Source: an uncultured delta proteobacterium (lineage in GTDB: Bacteria; Myxococcota_A; UBA9160; UBA6930). Taken from it: 64,000 nucleotides of DNA. The notes below the pieces were generated by a model, which was not told the origin of the DNA, made no database searches, and was given only the letters and a program-made list of their open reading frames with translations. Below are positions 8,245 to 19,380 of the stretch, in pieces. A program made the translations under genes and the position numbers. The stretch is from NCBI GenBank assembly GCA_963716895.1, contig CAVQUJ010000008.1, positions 828 to 64,827 of the forward strand, read 5' to 3'. Each line of letters begins with the position of its first letter. The stretch's first letter is position 1.

Positions 8245-8919
8245 ATGGCGGCCATGCCCCGCCAGGCCCCGCTCCGCACGCGGCGTCCGAGCTCGTCGCC
8301 GGCCCGCGTGGCGGGGCGGGAGCGGCGCCGCCGGCGGATTCTCGAGGCGGCCGCGGAGCGCTTCGCCACGCACGGCTTCGCGAAGAGCTCGATGGACGAG
8401 ATCGCGAGCGCGGCGGGTGTGTCGAAGGGCCTCATCTACGACCACTACCCCTCGAAGGAGGATCTCCTCGACGCGGTGTGGCAGGGACTCGTCGATCGCT
8501 GGGCCGAGGCCACGCTGCGCACGAAGCTCGCGGACGGAGACTTCGCGGCGTCGATCGGCGCGGCGCTGCGCGCCTCGATCCGCTTCGTGGAGGCGGACCC
8601 GCTGCTGCACCGCATCCTCGCGCAGGACCCCGGCAGTCTCGTGCCGCACGGGCGCGAAGGCATCGCCGCCTTCGCGCGGCTGTATCGCGCGATGCTCGAG
8701 CCGGTACTCGCGCGCGGCAAGCGCAAGGGAGAGCTGCGCCGGGATCTCGACGTGGCGCACACCGCCGAGACGATCTGGTGGATCCATCATGCGCTGATCC
8801 GCGAGCTGTTCGTGGGCGTCGCGCGCGCGCCACGCGCGGACGCGTCCGCGCTGGTGGAGGGCGCGCTCGCGCTGGTCGTGCAGGGGCTCCTCGCGCCGGC
8901 ACGGACGCGCCGCGCGTGA
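8245..8919 (+). CDS. TetR/AcrR family transcriptional regulator
   Basis: ILEAAAERFATHGF...MDEIASAAGVSKGLIYDHYPSKEDL HTH. Confidence 0.92.
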   Translation: MAAMPRQAPLRTRRPSSSPARVAGRERRRRRILEAAAERFATHGFAKSSMDEIASAAGVSKGLIYDHYPSKEDLLDAVWQGLVDRWAEATLRTKLADGDFAASIGAALRASIRFVEADPLLHRILAQDPGSLVPHGREGIAAFARLYRAMLEPVLARGKRKGELRRDLDVAHTAETIWWIHHALIRELFVGVARAPRADASALVEGALALVVQGLLAPARTRRA

Positions 8920-10520
8920 AGCGGCGCGCGGCGCTGGCGCACGGGCTCCTCGCCGCCGTGCTCGCGACGAGCGCCGCCGCGCAGAGCGTGGGGCCGACGG
9001 AGATCATCGGCCCGTGGCTCGGCCCCGCCGCCGCCCAGCAGCCGGACGCGCTCGCCTTCTACGGCACCGACCTCGGCTGGACCTTCGAGCACGCGGGCGC
9101 GCTCCAGATGCTGTTCGGCGACACCTGGTTCCACGCGCGGACGCTCTGCGGGGGCGCGCCGAGCAACGACGACGTGCAGGTGACGCTGCCCCTCGAGCCG
9201 CCCGCCGTGTTACCGCCGCCGTTCCGCTTCGCGCGCAGCGACGGGCGGGCGGAGCCGGATCGCATCTTCGTGTACCGCGCCGGCGCCTCGCTGGCGATGG
9301 GCTTCGGCCAGGTGCCCATCGCCGGCTTCAGCGACGGGGCGCGGGCGGTCGGAATCTTCGGGCGCTGGGACCCGGTGCGTTGCACGGCGGCGGCCGCGGG
9401 CGCTCCCCCGAGCTGCGGCGGCGCCGGCGACGGCCTCGTCTGCTCACCGCACCTCGGCCAGTGCACGCCGTCGCTGCTCGGCATCACCACGGTCTGCGAC
9501 CTCGAGTCGGGTGCCGGCTGCCAGCTCACCCAACGCTGCGAGCCCGTGCTGCCCGGGTATTGCGTCGATCCGCAGAGCCCGCAGGGAGGCGGCACGCGTG
9601 CGAGCGAACGCCACACCGTCGCGCACGAGATCGAGTTCGGCGTCCAGCGCGCGCTGCGCAGCGCCTCCTACGATTCGATCGCGAGCTGGCCGACGCATCG
9701 CTTCCTGAATGCGACCGCGCGCACCGTCGCGCGCTTCAGCGGCCGCACGAGCGGCAGCGACTACCGGCTCGGCCACGGCGCGCTGCTGATCTGGGGACGG
9801 CCCGGCTACTCGGCCGAGGGCGCGCGCCAGGCGCCGCTCTCGCTGCTGGTGCACGACCTCCCGATCCGCACGGACGCTGCGGGGCAGTGGGAGTTCCAGC
9901 CGCGCTACTTCGCCGGCCTCGACCCGGAGACGCGCGAGCCGCGCTGGTCGCGCCGCGCCGCCGATGCGGCCTCGCTCGCGCTCGACGGCGAGGTCGGGGG
10001 CAGCCCGCTCGAGAAGTACCCGATCGTGAATCAGCTCAGCGTCGCGTGGGTGGGCGCGCCGATCGAGCGCTGGGTGATGCTCTACGCCGGCGACGTCGTC
10101 GACCTCGCGCTCGAGGATCCGGCGCACGCGCGGCCGGGGCCGGAGCCGGGCGCGGTCCAGATCCGCTTCGCCGCGCAGCCCTGGGGCCCGTGGACGCCGC
10201 CGGTGCCCGTGCTCGGGCCGGGCGCGCCGGACCGCGCGGGCTCGCCGTACGGGCCCGGCGGCGTGCTGTTCCACGAGGACTGTGAGGATGCGCCGGGGGC
10301 GCCGTGCGCGAAGAGCGACCCGAAGCGCCCGCTCTCGGGCTTCCTGCCGGGCTGCGTGTCGGTGCCCTTCTTTCACGACCGCGGCCGCTTCTACGGCGCG
10401 AACCTGATCGCGGAGTACACGCGGCCCGACGACGCCGGCGGCGTAGACGTCCATTGGAACATCTCGACCTGGAACCCCTACGGCGTGGCGCTGGTGCGCA
10501 CGAAGCTCCGGCCGAACTAG
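8916..10520 (+). CDS. Secreted DUF4185-like beta-propeller protein with Cys-rich insert
   Basis: Signal peptide, GTDLG, LFGDT, PWGPWT, YG.N, ISTWNPY.V motifs. The GTG start overlaps the TetR stop. Confidence 0.65.
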   Translation: MKRRAALAHGLLAAVLATSAAAQSVGPTEIIGPWLGPAAAQQPDALAFYGTDLGWTFEHAGALQMLFGDTWFHARTLCGGAPSNDDVQVTLPLEPPAVLPPPFRFARSDGRAEPDRIFVYRAGASLAMGFGQVPIAGFSDGARAVGIFGRWDPVRCTAAAAGAPPSCGGAGDGLVCSPHLGQCTPSLLGITTVCDLESGAGCQLTQRCEPVLPGYCVDPQSPQGGGTRASERHTVAHEIEFGVQRALRSASYDSIASWPTHRFLNATARTVARFSGRTSGSDYRLGHGALLIWGRPGYSAEGARQAPLSLLVHDLPIRTDAAGQWEFQPRYFAGLDPETREPRWSRRAADAASLALDGEVGGSPLEKYPIVNQLSVAWVGAPIERWVMLYAGDVVDLALEDPAHARPGPEPGAVQIRFAAQPWGPWTPPVPVLGPGAPDRAGSPYGPGGVLFHEDCEDAPGAPCAKSDPKRPLSGFLPGCVSVPFFHDRGRFYGANLIAEYTRPDDAGGVDVHWNISTWNPYGVALVRTKLRPN

Positions 10521-12197
10521 GGCGCGCGCCAGACGCTCTCGCCGCCGATGATCGTCTCGAGCACGGGAATGGCTGCGAGGTCCGCCGGGTTCTCGGCGAG
10601 CGGCGAGCGGCCGAGGATCACGAGGTCGGCGAGCTTGCCGGGCTCGAGCGAGCCCTTCGAGTCCTCCTCGAAGCCCTGGAAGGCCGCGTCGATCGTCACC
10701 GCGCGCAGCGCCGAGGTGACGTCGATGCGCTCCTCGGGGCCGAGCTCCTGCCCGCTCGTGGTGCGCCGGTTCACCGCGGCCCACACCAGCCGCAGCGGGT
10801 CGAGCGGCACGACCGGCGTGTCGCAGTGGAGCGTGAAGCGCACGCCCTTCTCCTGCGCGGTGTGCGTCGGGCTGATCCGCGCGGCCCGCTCCGGGCCGAG
10901 GAAGCGCTCGCGGTGACGGTCGCCCCAGTAGTAGGTGTGGAGCACGAAGAAGCTCGGGATCACGCGCAGCTTCTTCATGCGATCGAGCTGGTCCGGGCGC
11001 GTCATCTGCGCGTGCACGATGATCGGGCGCGCGTCGAGCTCCGGGTCGCCGAGCTGCGCGGCCTCGATCGCATCGAGCGCGTCGTCGATCGCCGCGTCGC
11101 CGTTCGCGTGGATCGCCACCTGGAGCCCGGCCGCGCGGTAGGCCGCCACGCGTTCGCGCAGCTCTTCCTTCGGATAGCGCGGATAGCCGCGCGCCGTCGG
11201 GATCGTCGCCGGGCGGCACGAAGTACGGCTCGCGCAGGTATGCGGTGTAGCCCTGGATCGAGCCGTCGCTGATCAGCTTCACCGCGCCGAAGTGCACCCA
11301 GAGCGGATCCGTGCTCGGCAGCGAGGCCGTGCCGGCCAGCACCGCGTCCATCAGCTCGACGCCCGGCCAGATCACGAGCCGCAGCGGGATCCGGCCGAGC
11401 CGCGACAGCCACACGAGCTTCAGCAGCTCCTCGGTGGCGTAGCCCACCTGCGCGGTCGTGACACCGGCGGCGAGCGTGCGGCGGTTGGCCTCGTCGACGA
11501 TCGCGAGGCTCCCGCGCAGGCCGGGCTTCATCACCTGCGCCATCACGGGCTCCATGGCCGTCTCTTCGAGCACGCCGGTGGGCTCGCCGTTCGCGTCGCG
11601 GCGGATGCGGCCGCCCGGCGGGTCCGCGGTCCCGCGGTCGATGCCGAGCAGCGCCAGCCCGCGTCCGTTCACGGAGGCGAGATGGCCGGAGACGTGGACG
11701 ATGCCCACCGGGAGCTCCGTGGACACGCGGTCGAGGTCTTCGCGCGTCGGGTGGCGGCTTTCCGCGAGCAGCGTGTCGTCGTAGCTCATGCCGACCACCC
11801 ATTCGCCGGGCTCCTTGCCGGCGGCCTGCTCGCGCAGGCGATTCACGAGCTCGTCGAGGTTGTGCACCGTCCCGATCGGGGGTGCATTGAGGTCCGCCGC
11901 GCGGGCGTAGACGCCGGAGCCGGGATAGTGGCCGTGCGCGTCGATGAAGCCCGGCAGCAGCGCGTGGCCGTCGAGCTCGATCACGCGCGCGCCGGCGCCG
12001 GCCCAGCGCTCCACCTCGACCTCGCTGCCGACCGCGCCGATGCGGTCGCCCTCGACGCCGAGCGCTTCGACGACGCGATTCTGCGGGTCGAGCGTGAGGA
12101 TCGAGCCGCCGCGATAGATCGTCTTGCCCGCCGGCGGCCCGCCGCACGCGGCGACCACCCCTGCGCACGCCACGGCGATCGCGCGAGCGAAGCTCAT
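10517..12197 (-). CDS. Amidohydrolase 3 (YtcJ-like) lipoprotein (frameshift near 11190)
   Basis: PGFIDAHGH, SGH..SVN, KLISDGSIQGYTA, HANGDAA, HAQ, GSLEPGKLADLVIL. Lipobox-like VAAC. Confidence 0.88.
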
Positions 12198-12248
12198 CGG
12201 CGCGCATGGTAACCCGCGCCGGGGACGGACCTCGGGTGCGGAAGCGGA

Positions 12249-12718
12249 GGTCCGGGGCAGGGGCCGGGAGGGGTCACTGCTCCGGTGCTCGACGTGTCGG
12301 CGTACGGAGCGGGTGGAAGAAGAGCGGGGCCATGCGAGCTCTACCGGCCACGCTCGCTGCGCTCGCGACTCCGTTGTCGTGGCCGCCCCTCGTGATTCGC
12401 TCGCCGTGCGACCGCTGCCTCCCAGACCGCACCTGCGCAGCAACGCCCTCCCATCCCCCGCGCCTCGGAGACGGCACGACGGACGCGCCGTCTCAGAGGC
12501 GCGGGGGCGGGAGGGCGTTGCTGCGCAGGTGCGGTAGTAGAGGAAGCGATCGCACCGCTCCCGGTCACGAGAGTGGGTCGCGACAACCGAGTCGCGAGCG
12601 AGTCTTCGAGCGAGCGTGGCCAGTCCCAGGGCGAGGCCGGTCACCTTCTCCACCCGCTCCGCATAGCGACACGTCGAGCACCGGAGCAGCGACCCCTCCC
12701 GGCCCCGGCCTCCGGCCC
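12249..12718. repeat. Long imperfect foldback palindrome, copy 1 (two inverted ~230-bp arms)
   Basis: 12426-12452 is the exact reverse complement of 12509-12535. The termini ggggccgggaggggtc.ctgctccggtgctcgacgtgtcg / cgacacgtcgagcaccggagcag.gacccctcccggcccc also pair. Confidence 0.9.
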
Positions 12719-12719
12719 G

Positions 12720-13696
12720 TCAGCCCGCGGGCCCGAGGCGCCGCCGGATCGCCTGCTCGAACTCGCGCACGGCGGCGCCTGCGAACTGCTCGCGCAGCTC
12801 GGTGAGCTTCGGGTGGCCGGCGCGGCTCTCGGCGTCCCACTCGTCGGCGAAGCGGCCCGAGGCGATGTCGTCGGTCAGCTCGCGCATCGCGTCGCGAGGT
12901 CGAGGTGGTCGTAGGCGCCGCGGCGCGAGAGCTGGCCGTACTGGCTCGTCGGCGAGTGGAACTCGAACTGGCGCGCGTAGCCGACCTCGCGCAGCGAGGC
13001 GGTAGTTGCGCTCCACCTCGCCCGAGAGCACGAGCTCCGTCATGATCGCCTCGAGCGGGATGCCGTGCTCGAGCATCGACGCTGACGAAGGCGCTCGTTC
13101 ACGTGCGTCAGCGCGGGCGACGAGCACCTGCTCGACGGCGAGGTCGAGCACCGCCTCCTGGTGCGGCGTCAGCTCGATCGCGCCCTGGCGCAGCCCGCCG
13201 ATCGCCTTCGCGACCGCGAGCGTGCGCGGCGAGCGCCCGGCCGGTCGCGTCGCGGTGCACGCCGACGGCGGTGATGAAGCCGATGCCCTCCTCGTAGCAG
13301 CGGCGCACCTCGGGCCCGAGCATGCGCGGCGCGACCATCCCGACGTCGCCCGGCGGGTCGAAGCGGTCGAAGGCGAGCGTGTAGCCGCTCGCGACGATCG
13401 GTGAGGCCGTCGTCGCGGCGGCGCGAGCGGCGAGCGACGGGATCACGTCGTCGGGCACGAGGACGCAGACGATGTCGGCCGTCGCTCGCGGCCGCGACGT
13501 CGGCGGGCGGCGAAGCCGTCGGCGCCGCGCCTGCTCGCGCGTCGCGTCGGCGCGCACGCAGACCTGCACGTCGACGCCGGAGTCGCGCAGGTTGAGCGCC
13601 CACGAGCGGCCCTGGTTGCCGTAGCCGACCACGGCGACGCGCTGTCCGCGCAGCGCGCTCGAGGTCGGCGTCTGCTTCGCGGTAGATCGTCGTCAT
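12720..13696 (-). CDS. ilvC: Ketol-acid reductoisomerase-like protein (several frameshifts)
   Basis: MTTIYREADADL, GYGNQG..WALNLRDSG, LVPDD, ASGY, MVAPRMLG..VR..Y..G, DL..EQ, HSPTSQYG. Confidence 0.7.
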
Positions 13697-13782
13697 GCGC
13701 GTCCTCCGTGACGGGCCAGCGTATCGGAGCCCTCTGGCGCGCGCCGGGTCGCGCCGGCATGTTGCACCGACCGGGAGGCTCG

Positions 13783-14680
13783 ATGCGCGCACGTTTCGTC
13801 GGAGTCGGGCTCGCCGCCGCGCTCGCCGTCCTCGCGCCCGTCGCCCTCGTCGCGGCGGAGGTCGCGGCGCCCCCGGCACCGCCCGCGCCCGAGGCCGCCG
13901 CCGTGTGGATCGAGCGGATGCTCGCCGCGCAGCGCCTCGGCGACACGCTCGCGGCGCGCATTCGCGCGCACACCGTGGACTACACGAAGAGCGAACGCGA
14001 CGTCGTGATCGACCTGATCCGCGACGCGCGCGGCCCCACCATGCGCACGGTGGTGGAGGTGCGCGAGGCCGATCCGGAGAGCCACACGCGTCCGGTCGTC
14101 TTCCGCATCGACTCCTTCGCCGACGGCAACCTCGTCTCCTGGCTCTGGGACATCCGCTGGCAGCGCTTCGTCAAGATGTCGGGCCTCGAGGGCACCGAGA
14201 ACTTCGACGGCACGCACTTCCACCTCGAAGACCTCGGCTTCGCCGGCCTGCGCGAAAGCAAGAACGGCAGCGTGAAGGAGCTCAGCGAGCCCGCCGGCGC
14301 CGTCGAGATCACGAGCGGCGCCTATCACCACTACGGCCGCGTCGAGACGCGCATCGACCGCGCCACGGGGCTGCCGCTGCGCACGCACATCTACGACGGC
14401 ACCGGCGCGCGCATCTGGGAGATCGAGTTCGAAGACGTGGAGACGATCGGCGGCAAGCCGATCCCGACGCGCATGCGCACGCTCAACCCCGTGACGCGCG
14501 AGCGCTCGACGCTCGAGTGGGCGCAGATCGCGGTCGGGCCTGCGGATCCCGGAGGAGGCCTTCGACCTCGAGTACCTCGACGCCGTGATCCGCCGCGGCG
14601 GCGACCCGATCCAGCTGCCCGAGCCGCCGAAGCTCACGCCGTTGCCGAGCGCGGCCGCGGAGGGCGCGCCGCGCCCCTAG
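13783..14680 (+). CDS. Outer-membrane lipoprotein-sorting (LolA-like) protein (frameshift near 14540)
   Basis: Signal peptide, F.GT.F..EDL, IDRATGLP, IP..M...N......ST.L motifs. Confidence 0.6.
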
Positions 14681-15735
14681 CCCGGCGAGCGCGCGCACGC
14701 GCTCGAGCGCGGCGGCGGCGAGGCCGTCCACCTGGGCCTTGAAGGCGCTGGTGTCGGCCGGCCTTTCCCATCACACCCTTCAAGTAACGCGCGAGCACGC
14801 CTTCGACGATCGCCGCGAGCCGCCAGTACGAGAACGCGCGGTAGTAGTCGACCTGCGAGACGTCGCGCCCGGTGAGCTCGCGGTAGTGCGCGAGCATCTC
14901 GCGCCGGCTCGGGAAGCCGCCCGCCACGGTGGGCGCGAGCGCGGCGCCGCGGCTCTCGGGCCCGCTCTCGCCCGGCTCGGCCCAGTTGTTCATCAGGTAG
15001 CCGAGGTCGGCGAGCGGATCGCCGAGCGTGCACAGCTCCCAGTCGAGCACGGCGGCGATGCGCGCGTCGCTGCCGGTGAGCATGTTCCCGAGCCGATAGT
15101 CGCCGTGCACGACGCCGGAGCCGTGCTGCTCCGGGATGCCGGACTGCGAGCGCCTCGTACACCTCCTCCATCGCGGGCAGCTCGCGCGTCTTCGACTGCT
15201 CCCACTGCGTGCGCCAGCGCTTCAGCTGGCGCGGCACGTAGCCCTCGCGCCGGCCGAGGTCGCCGAGGCCGATCGCGTCGACGTCCACCGCGTGCAGCCG
15301 CGCGAGCACCTCGATCACGTGGCGGCCGAGCCCGCGCCGGGCCTCGTGGCGGGGGATGTGCTTCTCGACGGTGCCGCCGCTGGTCGAGCACCACGCCCTC
15401 GACGAAGGCCATCACGTAGAAGGGCGCGCCGTTCACGCTGGCGTCGCTGCACAGGCCGAGCGCAGGCGGCACCGGCACGCCGGTGCCGGCGAGCGACGCG
15501 ATGATGCGGTGCTCGCGACCCATGTCGTGCGCGGTGGCGAGCACGGCGCCGAGGGGAGGGCGGCGCAGCACCACCTTGCGGCCCGGCGGCGTCCGTCACG
15601 GCGTAGGTGAGGTTCGAGTGTCCGCCGGCGATCAGCGCGAAGCGAGAACGGCGGTCGCAGGCCCCGCACGTTCTTCGCGAGCCAGTCGGTGACCGGCCCG
15701 GCGTCGATGCCCTTCGGGACGCGCCGCTCGCTCAC
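14677..15735 (-). CDS. Aminoglycoside-phosphotransferase-like (ACAD10/11 N-terminal type) protein, frameshifted
   Basis: GGHSNLT, VLRRPP, AHDMGRE, HGDYRLGN, VLDWELCTLGDPLADL. Confidence 0.85.
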
Positions 15736-16512
15736 TTCGGCGCGAAGCGCTGGCCGCCGTCGAGGCGGATCGTCGAGCCGTTCAGCATCGGGTTCTCGAA
15801 GATCGCCTGCGCCATGCGCGCGTACTCCTCGGGCCGGCCCATGCGCTTCGGGAAGGCGGCGTCCTTGGTGAGCGCCGTCCTCCATCTGCCTGCGGGATGC
15901 CGCGCGTGAGGCCGGTGTGGAACAGGCTCGGCGCGATCGTCATCACGCGGATGCCGAGGCTGCCGAGGTCGCGCGCCATGGTGAAGGTCATGCCGGCGAT
16001 GCCGGCCTTGGCCGCGGTGTAGGCGACCTGGCCGATCTGCCCCTCGAAGGCGGCGATCGAGGCGGTCATCAGGATCACGCCGCGCTCGCCGTTCTCGTCG
16101 GGCTCGTTCCGGCTCATGCGCTCGGCCGCGAGCCGCGCGACGTTGAAGCTCGCGACCAGGTTGAGGTCGATCACGCGCGCGGAAGGCGTCGAGCGGATGC
16201 GGGCCCTCCTTCGCGAGCGTGCGCTTCGCGATGCCGCCGCCGGCGGTGTTCACGCAGAAGTGGAGCGCGCCGAGCGCGTCGCAGGCGCGCGCGATCGCGG
16301 CCTCGGTGCCGGCGAAGTCGGTGACGTCGCACGGGTAGAAGCGCGTGCCGCCGCCGAGCGCGGCCGCGACCTCCTCGCCCTTCGAGCTCGGGCAGGTCGA
16401 GGATCGCGACGCGCGCGCCCTCGCGCACCAGCATCTCCGCCGTGGCGCGCGCCATGCCCGACGCGCCGCCCACCACCGACGCCGTCTTGCCTGTCTCCTG
16501 CTGATCTGCCAT
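15732..16512 (-). CDS. SDR, 3-hydroxyacyl-CoA dehydrogenase type II (HSD17B10-like), frameshifted
   Basis: [60 protein letters not shown]. Confidence 0.88.
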
Positions 16513-16529
16513 CGCCGTTCCTCCTCCAG

Positions 16530-17734
16530 CTTCCGCTTCGTGATCAACAGACATCCGCCGAGCGGGCCGCCGCCGGCCGCGGCGACCGCGACCTCGGGTC
16601 CGCCCGGCACCTGGCGCTCGCCGCCTTCGCCCCAGAGCTGCACGCACGCCTCGTGCAGGAAGCCGTAGCCGTGCAGGCGCCCGGCCGAGAGCTGGCCGCC
16701 GTGCGTGTTGAGCGGGATCTCGCCGTCGAGCGCGATGCGCGCGCCGCCCTCGATGAACGGCCCGCTCTCGCCCTTGCCGCAGAAGCCGAGCGCCTCGAGC
16801 CACGCCATCGTGATGAAGCTGAAGCCGTCGTAGCACTCGGCGACGTCCACGTCGGCGGGCGTCAGGTCGGTGCGCGTTCCACAGCATCTTGGCGGCGTCG
16901 CGCAGCGCCATCGTGGTGAGGTCGTCGAACTGGTCCCACGACGGGCGGCCGTGCAGCGCCGCGCCGACGGCCTCGACGCGCAGCGGCGCGCTTGCGCAGG
17001 TCGCGCGCGGCGTCGACGTGCGAGACGCACGAACGCGGTGGCGCCGTCGCACCGGCACGTCGCAGTCGTACAGGCAGAAGGGCGTGCTGATCACCGCGCG
17101 GCGAGGTAGTCGTCGAGCGTGAGCGGGTCGCGGTAGATGGCCTTCGGGTTCATCGCCGCGTTCCTGCGCGCGTTGAGCGCGATCTACGCCATCTGCTCGC
17201 GCGTGGTGCCGAACTCGTGGAAGTGGCGCTGCGCGAACATCGCGATCCAGCACGCCGCGGAGGCGGCGCCGTAGGGCAGCGTCCACTGCAGCATGCCGGC
17301 TGCGCGCGGCAGCGCCGCCGCGCCCGCCGCCGCCCATGCCGATGCCGGCGCGCGGGCCGCTCGCCCTGCGCGCTCGACTCGAACACGCTGCGGAAGCACA
17401 GCACGTGGCGCGCGTAGCCGGCGGCGATCGCGGCGCAGGCGGTGATCACCGAGCCGAGCTGGCCCGAGGTCTCGGGCCCGCCCGCCCACCAGTTGAGGTC
17501 GAGGCGCAGCGCCTCCTGCACGTCGGTGACGCCGGCGCCGCTGAAGCCGGGCGCCGCGTTCATCATGCCGGGGTAGGTGGCGACGCCGTCGATGTCGGCG
17601 CGCGAGAGCCCGGCGTCGGCGATCGCGGCGAGGCAGGCGTCGAGCGTGAGGTCGAGCGGGTCGCGCCCGAGCCGGCGCCCGACGTCCGACTGGCCGATGC
17701 CGGTGATCGCGGCCTTCCGTTCGAGGATCTCCAT
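16530..17734 (-). CDS. Thiolase-family protein (SCP-x/Ltp type), frameshifted; 3' end approximate
   Basis: [48 protein letters not shown]. Confidence 0.85.
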
Positions 17735-17735
17735 C

Positions 17736-18159
17736 TCAGCTCCTCACGGGCTCGAACAAGGGCAGGAACACGCCGTCCTCGCGCTCCTCGAAGAGCACGC
17801 GCACGGGCAGATCCATGCGCAGCTCGCTCCGGCGTGCAGTTCACGAGGTTCGTGGTGACGCGCAGCCCGCGCTGCTCCTCGATCTCGACGATCGCGATCA
17901 CGTACGGCGGCTCGAAGCCGGGGATCCAGGGATGGTGGTTCACCGTCCAGGTGAGCAGCCGCGCGCGGCCCGACACCGCGGCCGGCGCGAGCTGCTTCGA
18001 GAGGCAGTCGGGGCACACGGGCGAGGGCGGATGGACGTACGTGCGGCAGCTGCCGCAGCGCAGGAAGCAGAGCTCGCCGCGCGCGCCGCCCTTCCAGTAG
18101 TGCTCGTTCTCGGGCGTCACCAGCGGCAGCACCCGGAACGGCCGCTTCGCTTCGCTCAC
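17736..18159 (-). CDS. DUF35 Zn-ribbon/OB-fold protein (thiolase partner), frameshift near 17830
   Basis: CGSC...PP..VCPDC, SGRA.L.TWTV, PY.IA.VE.EEQ...R..TN, LPLF.P. Confidence 0.85.
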
Positions 18160-19314
18160 GCGGGCGCCCCACGCCCGGGGCCCGGGGCTGGCGCCCCGTC
18201 GACGAGGCCGGTGAAGCCGTAGCCGGCGTGCGGGCCGAGCAGGATCTGCTCGAGCAGGCCGACGCCGCGTCTTCGCACCGAGCTTCGCGCGCACGAGGTT
18301 GTGGAGGTGCTGGTGGAACGGGTTGCCGGGCTGGAGGTCACTCTCCTTCCAGCTCTCGCCTTCGACGGCGAGCTCGCCCTGCCAGATGCCGTGGCCCCAG
18401 CGCGGGTGCGCGTAGCCGAGGCCGTTCATGTTGAAGCGCAGCACGGTCTCGAGCTCCAGCGTGGTCCTGGCGCCGCCGTGCGGGAGGACGTCGAACTCGG
18501 CACGCTCGATCCAGCGCGTGCCGGGGCGGAAGACGAGGCGCTCGCCGAGCGCCTCGAGGTGCACGAAGCCCGGGCGCGCTCGGGTCGGCCACCGGCTCGG
18601 GATTCGCCGACACCGGCACGCGCATGCCGTCGGCGTTCCAGCGCTCGCCGTTCGGGCGCTGGAAGTAGCCGAGCAGCCGGCATTCGTCGTCGAAGTGGAT
18701 CGGCGCCCAGAGCCAGGCGACCTGCGGCGGGTCGGCGGGCCGGCCCGGCGCCGCGGCGCCCACCGGCCGCACGCCCCACGAGCGGTCGCGCGTCGCGTAC
18801 GTGCGCGACGGGCTCGCACTTCGTCTCGACGCCGCCGGCGCGCACCCAGCCCTGCCACGTGCCGAACTGCGTGAAGCGCGTCATGTCGATCAGGTTGCGC
18901 GTGGTGGTGCCGAACTTCATGCGCGCGCGCGCCTCTTCGAGGGCAGGCGCGCGCGACACGAACAGCAGGTCGGCTTCGACGCCGGTGTCGTTGCGCACGA
19001 GCGGTGAGGCGCACCCGCCGCATCGGCTCCTCGATCACGAGGCGGAACGGCCCGACGCTGGTATCGCTCGGCTCGCGCGGCGCGAGCCGCGAAGCGTGGA
19101 ACGCGTGCTGCTCGCCGTTCGCGAGGATCGAGAAGTGCGCGTCCATCACCTGCTGGTGCGGGTACAGCCCGAGCGCCGCGCCGAAGTAGAAGCGCGCGTC
19201 GCGATCGACGCCGTTGAACCAGTAGCGGTCGTACGCGTTCGGATCCGAGGTGACGCGGTGCGCGATCGGCTCGGGCGTCTGGTGGATCGGGTAGTCGTCG
19301 AAGCGCGAGAGCAT
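18156..19314 (-). CDS. Conserved hypothetical beta-rich protein, frameshifted
   Basis: MLSRFDDYPIHQTPEP...YDRYWFNG...LGLYP, RDRSWGVR, GLGY.HP.WGHG.W.GE. Seen in lipid-catabolic loci; function unknown. Confidence 0.65.
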
Positions 19315-19380
19315 CGGGCCTCCGGAGGAGCGCGAGTCTATGCCAGGGGGCGGCGACGGCGCGAGGGATCGAACGGCGGA

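Noticed and set aside
12206-12805. Protein-coding ORFs inside the foldback elements (also 19340-20092)
   Set aside because: Similar peptides appear on both strands only because of the palindrome. There are no recognisable domains or RBSs.
12720-19314. Mass pseudogenisation or programmed frameshifting (also kup 36991-38918 and many other genes)
   Set aside because: Indels cluster in patches, hit housekeeping-type genes, and leave motifs intact with few in-frame stops. This is typical of low-coverage long-read consensus errors.
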